Part shown: positions 1 through 11,952 of the stretch, one piece after another
How the letters are laid out: every line of letters begins with the position of its first letter
Numbering within the stretch: position 1 is the first letter of the stretch
NCBI GenBank assembly: GCA_012026655.1
Contig: JAAILG010001037.1
Span: forward strand, 1 to 64,000
Direction of reading: 5' to 3'
Origin: Hydrolagus affinis
Taxonomy: Eukaryota
Length of the DNA: 64,000 nt
Made by a program: the position numbers and the translations under genes
The notes under the pieces: model-generated
Told to the model about the DNA's origin: nothing
Seen by the model: the letters and a program-made list of their open reading frames with translations, nothing else
The model's database searches: none

Positions 1-238
1 CCATCCCCCAATCCCTCCGTCTCGTTTCTTCCCTTTCCTCTTTCAAGGCCGGTTTGAAGACTTTCCTCTTCGACCGTGCCTTTTGTTCCACCCCGAATTC
101 TTCGACCTCCCCTACTTGTTTCACCCCTTCCCGTACACTCCCCTCCCAGCTCGGGTCACACGCCTCCTGTGAGCGCCTTGGGACGTCCTCCCGACGTGAA
201 AGGCGCTTTATAAGTGTAATTTGTTGTTGTTGTTGTTG
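1..238 (+). mobile_element. L2-type LINE 3' end
   Basis: FK..LKTFLF-type ORF2 terminus, then the tail gcgccttgggacgtcctcccgacgtgaaaggcgc and (TTG)n. Confidence 0.8.
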
Positions 239-1422
239 AAATACAAATTTACTATAGTACCATATCGTGTGATCAAGAGAACGTCAGCGAATGGAAGTTC
301 AGAATACAATCCAACTCTGTTCATTTTCTGCTGCAGGGCACCAGCCGGATTTTTTTTTCAATCCATCTTCATATGAAGGAATCTTCATATTATTTCAAAA
401 GATATTGATTCCGAAGTGTTTTTCAAAGATTCAAAATTATTCTAAAACACCTTCCCTACACTCTGCTTACCAAAGAAAAATTCTCTCTCCCTCTAAGAAT
501 TTTCACCCTGATTAGTTTTTTCCCAAACAATAACTGAAAAGAACCCAAACAGAAGATAACTTGAGGAACACAGTCAGGTACCTTTGCCTCATTTACTCTT
601 TACTGTTGGGTTCCAGCCCCATCACAGGCCAGAAGCCAATATTGCAGGCGCACAAACAGCACATGTCCAAATCTGGCATCTCTCAAAACAATGTCAATAT
701 CTTCAGAACAGACACTGCCAGGAACTTTGCAGACCTCCTAATTGAATTCTCATCTACAAATCACAAACAAAACTTCATAGTTTAAGGCTTATGGCAGCTT
801 TTAGTCTTCTAGAAACACAGTAGCAGCACAAGTCACGAGAATCATGCAGTGTTCAGTACAGTACTGTGATGTGTGGCCTCCTGCAAAGATGTACGCCAAG
901 AGGGCTTGTATTCAAACATCTAATTCTACTCCTCAACAGGATTCTCAGACTCCCAGGGAAAGGGAGGGGAAGAGGTGGAGGTTGTCAGACAGAATTTTAA
1001 GATGCAATCACATCACACTGGTATGTATCCTCTTTACTCCACCGCGCATCATGGAAATACGAGAAGGACTTTTCTATATTTCTTAATTTTTCCTCTGTAT
1101 TAAAGATGTAATTTGCATAAACTTCCATCTTTTCCATTATTCACAATATTATTTTTTTTAAAAACCTCAGCACTCTAGCTTTAGTTTAATCCCCTTGCTC
1201 CTAGTAGGAATGTGCCTGCTTTTCACCCTTTCCATCTCACCCTTAAACAGATCCTATTTGCCATTTAGCAGTTTTGTTTTGTTTCATTATCTGTGTCCAA
1301 TTTATCAGTTTATTATCCATTTAGAATTTATCCCTCTTTATTTCTACAAAATTTACTTTTCTCCAGTCTCGCTCTTTTAGTTAACTCTCGAGTCCAGCCT
1401 TCCCCCGTTTATCACTCTATAG

Positions 1423-1719
1423 CAGTGGTTCCTAACCTTTTTTCACTGCGACCCTAAATTGGCCACTAACAGGTCTTCCCGACCCACAGTGGGGTCTGCG
1501 CGACTGAAGCGATGCTCAGCCAAGACGATATCTCTGTCTCTTTTGTGGACTCAGTGCAACTCGCTAGTATTCTTTCATACAAATTGGTTGGCAGTGTCAC
1601 CTCGGGCACTTTTCTGCATTAAAAAAAGCAACAACAAAAAATTCTGATGACCCTTTGCGACCCAACTGAAGACCCCCACAACCCTGATTTGGATCGGGAC
1701 CAGAGGTTGGGAATCACTG
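1423..1719. mobile_element. hAT (Charlie-like) MITE, 297 bp
   Basis: Imperfect TIRs cagtggttcctaacct / aggttgggaatcactg. Exact 8-bp target-site duplication CTCTATAG at 1415-1422 and 1720-1727. Confidence 0.9.
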
Positions 1720-2849
1720 CTCTATAGAATCCAATTATATATTGTTGCACCCCAAGTGTTGCCCACTTCCAGATTAGTTACTTGGCCCAATTCATTCCCC
1801 AAAATAAAATCTAGCACTGCTTCCTTCCTTGTTGGGCTGCCCACAAATTGCTTAAGAAAGCGGTCTTGTATACATTTCTAAAAATACAACTCCATTTTGC
1901 CTGGTCGTGAAGTCTGAAAGACAAAGTGTGCCTGGATATGGCAACAATAAAAACAGGGTTTCTTGTCGCTGTTGGACTAGATCCCTGAATTGATGCCTTA
2001 GTTGTGAACATCATTTTGCAACAAGTCGCAAAACTCGAATCAACTTAATCACCCAATCAAATATTGTTGAGAAGAACATTTTTAGCAAAACCTGTTGCCT
2101 TGGGACATTCTCCCAACATGAAAGGCACTCTATAAATGCAGTTTTGTTGTTGCTGCATTAACCCAAGCCAGTTTGTTTATGAGGGAGAAATTGAACCCAG
2201 TCAATTTGCTGGAGTGTGTGCTTTCTTTTAGATGCTTTGTGTGGTCCACAGATTTGTTTTAGTTAAGTATGAAGATGTACCTTCAGTTAAAAATCAATTC
2301 GGCATCATGTGGAGACACACATCTTGTGCAATTCTAACTATCAATTGGTGCAGTGTGTAACCCAACTACATTCATAAAACTTAGGTTTCTCACTTGGGGG
2401 AGGATTCAGATAATCAATTTAGACCTTGAATATTGACCTTGGTAACCAGCTCCTAGTAACAAACTTGGCACATTATCCAAGCTTTTTTAAAAAAAAGACT
2501 AACATGGCTTCAAATAATGAAAGTTGTTTTTAAATGAGGAAGCTAACCTTTTATTACAGCTGACGATTGAATGCTTAGTGGGTTCTGATAAGGAGAGGGT
2601 ATTGATGTTTCTGCAGTGGCTTGGTGCCAGTGTGTTGTGACTAACAAATGGCTTTCTGAGATGGCCCTAAATAATGATGCCACAATCCTCCACTCTCTGT
2701 CTTCATTTCAGTTGTTTGCCATTCAACCCTTTCTCAGTTAAGCCCTTTTCCTATTTCCATTGCTTGTGGCAGAATAAAGAAGATAACCAGCAGTATTATG
2801 CCACAGTGCACTGTGCTGGGGCCTTTCCATTTATAAAAATGATCTGGGT

Positions 2850-3006
2850 ATAGCGGGCACAGTATCAAAGTTTGCGGATGATACCAGCTAGGAAGTATTG
2901 CGAAGAGATGGCAAGAGAATTTACACCAAATTGGGGTATCAGGGTAGATGAGGTTCAATTAAGGGAAATATGGTGGTACATTTTGGAAAGAAAAATGTCA
3001 GGAGTA
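2850..3006 (+). mobile_element. Degenerate CR1 reverse-transcriptase fragment
   Basis: aagtttgcggatgatacc encodes KFADDT, the CR1 RT catalytic motif; interrupted downstream by a MITE. Confidence 0.6.
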
Positions 3007-3008
3007 TA

Positions 3009-3167
3009 CGGTAAAAACCTGTTTATCCATGACACGATCAACCGGATTGCGCGACCCCTCCCGGGCAATTCCCCATTCCAGCAATCGCGAGCAATTTGCC
3101 GCCCAATTATCCGACACAGTCAATTAGTCGACCCCCCGGAGGGTGCCGGGTAAACGGGCTTTTATTG
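3009..3167. mobile_element. Tc1/mariner (Tigger/pogo-like) MITE, 159 bp
   Basis: TA|cggtaaaaacctgtttatcc ... gggtaaacgggcttttattg|TA: imperfect TIRs with TA flanks and a CpG-rich interior. Confidence 0.75.
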
Positions 3168-6100
3168 TACGTTGAATATTGGGGTTCACTTTGGAAGATG
3201 AAAGGATGAACACCAAATTGTAGCAGTTTTGTTGAGGTTTGTCCTTCGATCTTTAATTCACTCAATCTGAGTTAGTTGGTTTCTGAGAGGGGGAAGACTG
3301 AGGTGGATACTGTCTCTTCTCTTTCAACCACCTACCCAGCAACAAGGGAGTGAAGTCCATCTGCAGATCTTGATTTGTGGCTCATGCTGTGTGCACAGCC
3401 CTAAATTGATTAGGTTCCTGGTAACTGAATTAATTATGTTAGTGTATTTTTGCTACTGGAAATGGTCTTAAGTTGGGAATTATGTTTTTTCACACAAATG
3501 GCAGGATACCAAATACCAGGAAGAAATATTGTGAAGTAAGAAAATATCAATTTTAAATGTTTGACAGTAATAAATGGGAAGTCTGGTTTTCATTAGGCCA
3601 GGCTGCACTCTGTGATTTAGCACTGAGAATGTTCAGGCTATATGATGCAACATTACAGAATGCAGTTGTGATCTGCATGAACATTTCCACTTAGAAGCAG
3701 TTGCTGTTACGTGAGGAACTAAGGAACCTAATGGGGCCATGCTTGGTTCAAAAGAGACTATGTGAAAAGTAACAGAACTTCCAGCTCTGGGATTAAATTG
3801 AAACCTCCAAAGCGAGTTAGTTGCTTTCTTCCAACACAGCATTTTATTGAGCATAGAATTGTTCCTGTGCAATCCCAATAGCTCTAACTTTACTTAATAA
3901 AACAATCCCTTCAGTACAGATATTATTTTTCACTTCCTCACACTGGAGTGGGTGAGGGGGAGGGGGGAACACCTTGGGACATCCTCCAGGCACAAAAGAC
4001 GCTATACAAATGTAATTTTGTTGCTGTTTTCACCATACTGTTTTAAATTGTATTTATTGACATATTTTGTCTAATTCCACTAGAAAAAAATTGTGGATTC
4101 TACTTCAGTCTCAGTATTCAGTAAAGTTTTCCTAATGGAAAACTGAAAGCCAATATCATTGATACAATTTACAGACCCAAGAATAGTATCTACATTGGAA
4201 TTTCTACATTGGAAATGTTATTTTCTGGAAATTCTGGTCTGTTTCCCCTAAAAAAAACTGAACATCCTCCATGCTGCCTATCAATTTTACATTGTGCAAT
4301 TCAATACACAGTATATTGTATTGAATGGTACGATGTAAAATTACTATTCTGAAATTTATTACGTGGTTGTCTAGTACTGCCTTAAACATACATTACGCTT
4401 CAATCAATCCTGGTTGCCTTATCTCAAACAGGCGATGGGCTTTACAAATTTACAAAAGCCATTTAATTTTCCTCCTTTGAAACTATGTGTACATTTCAAA
4501 CACCTCAAAAGAATCATCCTAATTTGTCGCAAATCAGTCACTTGTATTTGGATCAAAAGAAGACAGCAACATAGTGAACTCTATTGAATGCAAAAGCTGA
4601 ACTTCCCCAGCACTAATAGCCTTGGACTGTACATAGCACTATCGACGCACTATTGATTTATTAGTGAGTTTTACTGCAGCTCTGAGCCAATCAAACCTTC
4701 TGCTTGCAGTGACAGAAGGTACATTAGGTAATGAGGATATGTGCAGAGTTGCTAATGCTGTGCATTTGCCTTATCACTGCAAACATTACAAGACTGGTAA
4801 CAAACGAACCTCTCAAGAGTCACCAGTGATGGATATAGAGATAAATGAATAAGTGAAAAATCCTTTTCCCAGTTACTTGGTACACAGTACAAGTGAAGAA
4901 AATTGACAAGGGAGCACATTTTATCACAATAATCCTTGCATTCAATTGGGCAAGGATGTCTCAAAGTACTTCATATTATGTAAAGTGTAGACTATCTTGG
5001 AGAAGTCTCAAAATTTGCTCTCAGGAATACATACAGTGAATGTAGCTGTAATGTCACAAGAGATGCTGGCAATCAGTAATCCTTCTTTCTGCCAGTAATA
5101 CCTTTATTTTACAATCATATCAGGCCTATGTGGGTCTCAGTATTGGACTGAATATTCAGACATGGCAATATGGCAGGAACAACACAAGCACTGCCCAACA
5201 GGTACCAGCTCCACAAACCCACTGCACTTCCACCAAGTGTACTGATGAGCAGTTGAACCACTGTCTGAATTCAGACTTCATAGGTTTTGAGTTTAAAAGG
5301 AATATTTGCTCCTAGGGAGACATTATTCACAAGTAACAATTGCCTGTTCAATGAAGGATTACTATTATGGGAACTTGGGAACAATTGCTTCCAATCAACG
5401 TAGGTACAAACGTCATAAATTCTCAAAAAAGATATACCGAAAAGGGCATATCAAAAAGTGTACCATACCTGAAGTATTGGTTGGTTAACACAGAAGTGAC
5501 ATCAGTAATGAATTACAGGATGGCCAAACTTTTGCACATGATAGCCCTGTGTCTAACTTTTTGGATTGAAGAAACTACTTTATAATAGGGTTCAGTTACA
5601 TAAAACAGAATCAGCGCTCAATACTTCCCTTAGCAGTTATAACACATTGTGGTACTCTACTAAGTAATACAGGTCCTAAATTTAATCTCAAAATTTGCAA
5701 CATTAATTTCTCAGAGTGGCAGAACAGCCTCAGAGTACGCAGATAGACAAACACAAAGGGGAGAAAGGAAGTTAACACCCTTTCCCACTTCCATTGGCTA
5801 TTAATATAAGTATGGCAAGGGGGATTAGGGAACAGTGAGTAAAGACAGTTTTAAATTTCGATAACATGATCAAGCAACCAACCATGATCGATATCTTGTC
5901 TTCCAAGAAGAATGGCCATGAGGGCAAAGTACAAGAAGATCGCTGGCACCCTTTGAACCAAACAGTCAAATGTAAGGATTGCAAGTCAAATGTAAGGATT
6001 TTTTTTTTATTGAATATGGGTCTCATTAACATTTTTATAAATAAGACAGCTGTTACTAACTAGCACATGACATGTTGGATGATACGTTAGATTGAAAAGG

Positions 6101-7521
6101 AAATGACAAGAGAGGAAGCAAGAACCAGACAACTTATTTCAAGGGGTCCAAAAAAAATTAATAATCATTTCAGGAGCACAACCACTTATCCTTTCAAGTG
6201 ATTCATTGGTTCATATGAGGTTCACATTTGAAATGATTTGGGATCTCCTTGAACATGCCAGCTAACGAGACTCAAATGTTTGCTTTCAGAACTTCAACAA
6301 AAAGATTGAATAGATGGAATTTAATACAGGCGGAAAAAAGTTGAAGTTTAATCCAAAAACGTTTATTTTCCAAATTTATTGTTATTTGAAGGTGAGGTCA
6401 AAATTTTCAAGTTCCAAAGGAAATTATTCCAAATGACAACAGGTGCACAAATACGCCATTTTCCACATTTCTGAACCAGTTTATAACCTCAATACCTCCC
6501 ATACAACACACTAATTGATGAATTAAATGATTTTGCATGGTCTCTAAATCATAAGATATATTTCATAATGTTGCATAAATTGTTGCAACTTTACCACTAC
6601 CAATATTTACCAATTGAGCTAGACAATTGAAAATTGAACTTGAAACCAGAAGACTCCAGGTACAATTCAAGGTGTACATTCTCTGCTTCTCCTCTTCTAT
6701 GTCTGGCAAAAATTCTAAGAAAATATCTTTAATAAAAGTATCTAAGTAGCATCTCCCTCCCTAGCTTTATGCTGCTTAAAGAGACATGGAGTAATCATTG
6801 AGCATCTCCAGCTAACCTACATACATTACCAAACTATGTTTTGACAGCACCCTGGCTCTCGAAGCAAAGGAATTTGGAGCTACCTTGCACAACACCTCTC
6901 CAATGGAAATACTTTGTAGCTTGCAGTTAATTAACAAAAATCCAAGTATTTTGTTGTTGGTATAACTGGGTGGAGGAAAAATAACATAGCTGCTTTTGTA
7001 ATGCAATGATGAAATTTGCAGGAATGAGTCCTCACCACTGGGTGTTTATTCGTAAAATAAATCAACGGAATTTGAATTCCAAGGTTATGAGCTCAACAGG
7101 TAAGTATTATGAAATCTCCAAGTGCAGAATAGCTTCCACGAGAAACAGCAACAGTGAAACATAGCAGATTTGACTAAGGCTCTAGATTTCAAAGTAGGCC
7201 ACTTTCAGATCAACTCCAGTGGGACTATAATATGCATGTATAATGTGCCCAGGAGACCTTGTTCTAATTCCTCTTGTCCAGAATCTTCTCTTTGAATTGG
7301 ATTTGCTTTGTGGATTTGAGAACGGGTGATAAACAATGAACACAGAATGCTGCATAGATTTTACCATCAGCCCTTTTGCATTAACTCCTTTGCTGTATTT
7401 CCCTCAGGTCAACCTTTAGTTCCTAATGTGAATAAGAATAATAATAATAATCATCATAATAATAACTGTTGCATTTTATATAAAACCTTATCACTTCACA
7501 AAAACTTTCACCTGTTCACTA

Positions 7522-7650
7522 TTAGAACATAAGAAGTAGGAATAGGCTATTCGGCCTTTCGAGCCTGCCCCGCCATTCAATCATGGCTGATATTCCATTC
7601 TAACTCCAGCTACCTGCATTATCCTCATACCTCTTAATCCCTTCATTGAA
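7522..7650 (-). mobile_element. CR1 3' tail fragment
   Basis: agaacataagaa..ggctattcggcctttcgagcctgccccgccattcaatcatggctgat is the reverse complement of the CR1 tail seen at 21060-21175. Confidence 0.7.
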
Positions 7651-9949
7651 AAGAGAAGCCAGCTGAGTAAAGGGATATTTGATGGAAGCGAGTGGTGAAA
7701 TCAGAAGCAAATCATCAAGACTACACGTAAACCTAAAATTAAAAAAATTATCTCTTCATACTAGGCGAAGATTTCGATATTTCAAGTGTATTTATGTGCT
7801 TGATGATGGTCTCTCAAAGACCTTGCTCCAACAAACAGTATAAATGCAAAAACCTGAAAAGCTGTTAAGTTCATGATGTCATTCCCCCCTTCACTTATAC
7901 ATCTCTCTCCTGGACAGCTGCAAGGTGAAAGAGGCCCAACCCCAACCCAGCCATATGTGGAGCATTCCACCAGCGTTTGTCAACATGCTGCAGCAGGTCT
8001 CTCTCACCAACTTGTCCAAACAACACCAAGCACGCCTGCTCCTACAACACTGCAAAAGGCCTGCAGGCAACAGACAGTTTATATTTAAATTGCGCTCACT
8101 AAGTTTGAAACCCCAGAATGCGATGTAGATAAACAAAACAAAGAAATATCCAACTGGAACAGCTTATTGAAAAAGGCACTGATGGCATTTGATAGCATCT
8201 TAGCCAATAAAATGTTTTTTAAAAACCTGAGGATAGTCTGGATGTGACGGGGTTAGTGGGGGGGTGGGGGGGGCACGGATGGGGAAAGAAAACAACCAGC
8301 CATATTAATTATATTTAATAATCCAATCCACGGAAGAAAATAGCTCTGAAACACTGCCAGCCATCAGAAAATCACTATTCAAAAACAGAACACCATCACC
8401 CCAGTGATGCCAATAGCTGTCACCTTACTCACAATCTCAGGTTATTTCGCTCACAAATATACAGTCAATTCACTTTACAGTACATTCTGTGAAGCACTTT
8501 GAGATGTCTAGAAGACATGAAAAGCACTAGATCAAATGCAAGAATTATTATTATTATCCTCAATTGCAGAAAAATAAACCTGCTGTTTCCTTAGAGGCTG
8601 AAGTGGTGACTTCCAAACGTTTGAAAATTTTAATTTAATGCAAATGACAGGAGATACCAGCAAAACATGATTAGATTTTGAATGTTTAAAAAAATATATA
8701 TTTCTGCAGCTTATCATGATCAGCACTTGCGTAAGGAGTGTCAGTGTACAGGTTCAGATGAAAGAACATTCCCTGAATTGTATCAACCTTTTGTTAAACT
8801 TTCAGGAATAATGACGTTTGTGCCACAATTGGTGCAACTAACAGAAGCAGTTTAAATACAAACTCCACAGTTTAAAGGCTTTTTTTGGTCAGCCGGGTGC
8901 CTGGCACCTGTGGAAATCCATTAATATGTTTAAAAGTATCAAAACCAAACTGAGTTTGAAGGCATGGTAGGTAGGGAATGAAGTCCACGACAACCTCCCC
9001 TTGCCTGAAAGCATAAGGCTACGTTGACATTTATGAGTAAGGTGAGCTAATATTTAACAGAGTATCTTTGGCAACTGATGTGTTCTTACTACATTAATTA
9101 AGCAGTCACCTCCCTAAGAGAGACCTCCTATACTCTACAGCTTGCCCCTGGTGTAGTCAATTCCATCTCCTCCACAAACACAAAAAAGATGATGGAGGGC
9201 AGGGAGAATTTAACATAACCATAGAACCAATTAATTACTGCAGCCCAGAAGCCAGCCTTAAAGCAAAGTACAAACACGTCAAATTCAGAGTAAAAGGCAA
9301 CTTTCAAGCCATCATCTCAAACACTGCTCCCAACTTGTCCAAATGAACAGAATAACGGAGAAAATCACTACCATCAGTACAATTATTTAACACTTTAAAT
9401 GAGGTCTCAATAAATGAGACCTAAAAAGGAAAAAAAGCTGGCAGCTGTGAATTTAAGTAGAATGTCTCACCTGAAATTTAAGCTAGCAGTTTGCTCCTTT
9501 GCCAGAAAGCAACAGGGTATGGCTAAAAACAACAGGGTATAACTTAATACAGTCTCTGAGCACATTGAACTGTAAAAGCCACTCAAAACAGAAGCACATC
9601 AAGCTGAAAGCTTATTCACAGATTTCACACTCTCTTTTGCCAATGATTCCATGAAGCAGCAAATATCTAATTTAATACATCCTTGAACTGTGGCTCTATA
9701 ATCGAATGCTGGGTCAGAAAACTCGTTTGAACTCACGCTTTCCACCACACCCAATAAACAAATTTAGCACTGTCTTTACAGCATATTTGAAAAGGGCAAA
9801 TAATAAATCTCTTTACATCCTTGAAATAAAATGACTACCATATTCAGCTACAATGTGCTTTCCAATTGTTTATATCCCCTCTCGCCATCCTAATCCTGAA
9901 AAACCTCCTTTTTGAAAACATTTCACAAGTAATTCAAGATCATCTACAA

Positions 9950-10956
9950 CAATAGAGGTAAGGGGCAGTGGCTGAAGGCTCGCCTGTCAGTGGTGGGGCT
10001 GGTGGGTTGGGGAACATGGAGCAGACTGGAGACCGCTGAGCGGAGGGAGCGGGCAGGTTGGTAGGGGATTAGGAAGTCGCAAAGGTAGGGTGGGGCGAGG
10101 CCATGGAGGGCTTTGAAGGTGAGGACCAGGATCTTGAATTGAATCCTCTGAGTGATGGGCAGCTAATGGAATTGGGCGAGAATGGGGGTGATGGGCTCAC
10201 CAAGCTTGGAGCGGATTTGGACACGGATCACATAGTTCTGAGTGATCTGCAGCCTGTTGAAGGCAGAATTGGGAAGACCGTCAAGCAAGGCATTGGCATA
10301 ATCGAAGGAGTGACTAAGACATGAACGACAGTGTCAGTGGCCTGAGGGGTGAGATAGTGGTGGAGTTGGGCAACGTTGCGGAGGTGAAGGAAAACAGAGC
10401 AGGTCATGGCTTGGTTGTGGGGGAGGAAAGATAGTTGGGGATTGAACAAGACACCTTGGTTCCTGACTGGCTTGATGAGATGGAAGAGCCTGAGGTTATT
10501 CTTGGTCTCCAAGATTAACTTGGGAGTAGAAGGAGGACTTGGCGGAGCCAAGGGCGGAGCAGTAGGTCTTAATATGATCCCGCCAAATCTGCCAAAGGAC
10601 TGTTAGTTTGGATTCGGTCTAGGCTCATTCAGCAGCTCGTGCCTTGAGGGACCATAGATGGCTGGTGTACCAGGGGGATTTACTGAGGCAGTTTGGGAGG
10701 TGAGGGAGGCAAGGGAGTCGAGGATGCAGGAGAGAAAAGAGAGTGAGGAGAGTGGATCAGTTAGTGAGGGCTATAGGGGCAGGAGTTCAGACAAGTCGAG
10801 GGCAGCAGAGGGTGATTTTTTTTTCAAAGGGCAGTAGGTGATGGTAGAGGATTGAGTAGGGGGAAGGGGTATGGAGGTGCTAAGGGAGATGAAGTGGTGG
10901 TCCAAGATGGCTTTATCGGTGATGGTGATGCCCAAAATGGTGAGGTCCCAGATCAA
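9950..10956 (-). mobile_element. L2-type LINE remnant with internal deletion
   Basis: Endonuclease-end motif (ITDKAILDHHFISL, 10771-10956) lies close to post-RT ORF2 (VRNQGVLFNPQLSF..HLRNVAQLHHYLT, 10228-10551). The RT core is missing. Confidence 0.8.
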
Positions 10957-11013
10957 GCTAATCTACAATAGAACAGGCTAATAAGAAAAATTATAATTCT
11001 ATAATACTACTAC

Positions 11014-11233
11014 TAATAATAATAATCCTTGCATTTGATGCATCGATTTTCACATATTCCAATGTCCCAAAGCCCTTCACAGAATACACCATAAAGTGAA
11101 TTGAATGTAAATGTGTGGGCGAAATGCAGCAGCCAATTGCGCACAACAGTGTCTCACAAACAGTTGTGAACTGAAACGACCAATTTTTTTTGAGGGATTA
11201 TTATTAGGAGTATAGAGTAAGGAAATCTGCCCA
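11014..11233 (-). mobile_element. tRNA-derived SINE, 5'-truncated
   Basis: Reverse complement of the SINE body and (ATT)n tail seen at 11647-11952; a second tail fragment follows at about 11258-11331. Confidence 0.85.
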
Positions 11234-11646
11234 TCATAATAAACATAATAATTACCATAATAATAATCCTTGCATTTGATGCAGCACCCCATCACATTGT
11301 TGAGATGCCTCAAAGCACTTCACAGAATATACCCCGCAAAAGCATCACACATTTCAGAAGGAAAACATTACTGAACTGAAGGTTGAGCCAAAGGATGGGT
11401 GTTCAGAACAAATGGAAATCTATTTGCAAAGCGATCATCATTGAGAAGCAGAGAAGTTTTGGCAGACAAGCTAACGAGGGCAATGACCGCAGGGTCTTCT
11501 ACATGACATAAACCATGGATGATACATATCAGCACAATAAAGCATTTAACCTGAAGCATTTCAATATTTAAACCCAGTTAGAGATAATCCATTTCTGCAG
11601 TTGGCAAATAGCTCTAATGGAAGCTTGAGAAGGGGTAAGTCGTGTA

Positions 11647-11952
11647 GTCCTGTAGCTCTGCGATTTGAGGGCTATTACCACGCCTTACAAACGAGAGACC
11701 TGGGCTTGATTCCCGGCAAGGCGAAAACTTGGGCAAGTTTCATTACTCCACATTCCTGATAATAATCCCTCAAAAAAAACAATATTACATTGGTCATTTC
11801 AATCCACTACTGTTTGTAGGATATTGCTTTGTGCAACTGGCTGCCGCATTTTGCCCACAAATAAAGTCAATTCATTTTATAGTATATTCTGAAAAGTGCT
11901 TTGAGACATCTGGAACGTGAAAAGTGCTATATCAAATGCAAAGATTATTATT
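11647..11952 (+). mobile_element. tRNA-derived SINE (~300 bp), full length
   Basis: Degenerate A/B boxes, family body (ttgggcaagtttc.ttactccaca...aataatccctc), L2-like hairpin tail and (ATT)n. Confidence 0.85.

Noticed and set aside
5964-6000. Short tandem duplications (here, and near 9510, 25847, 48270 and 62720)
   Set aside because: Ordinary 11-25-bp slippage duplications with no further structure.
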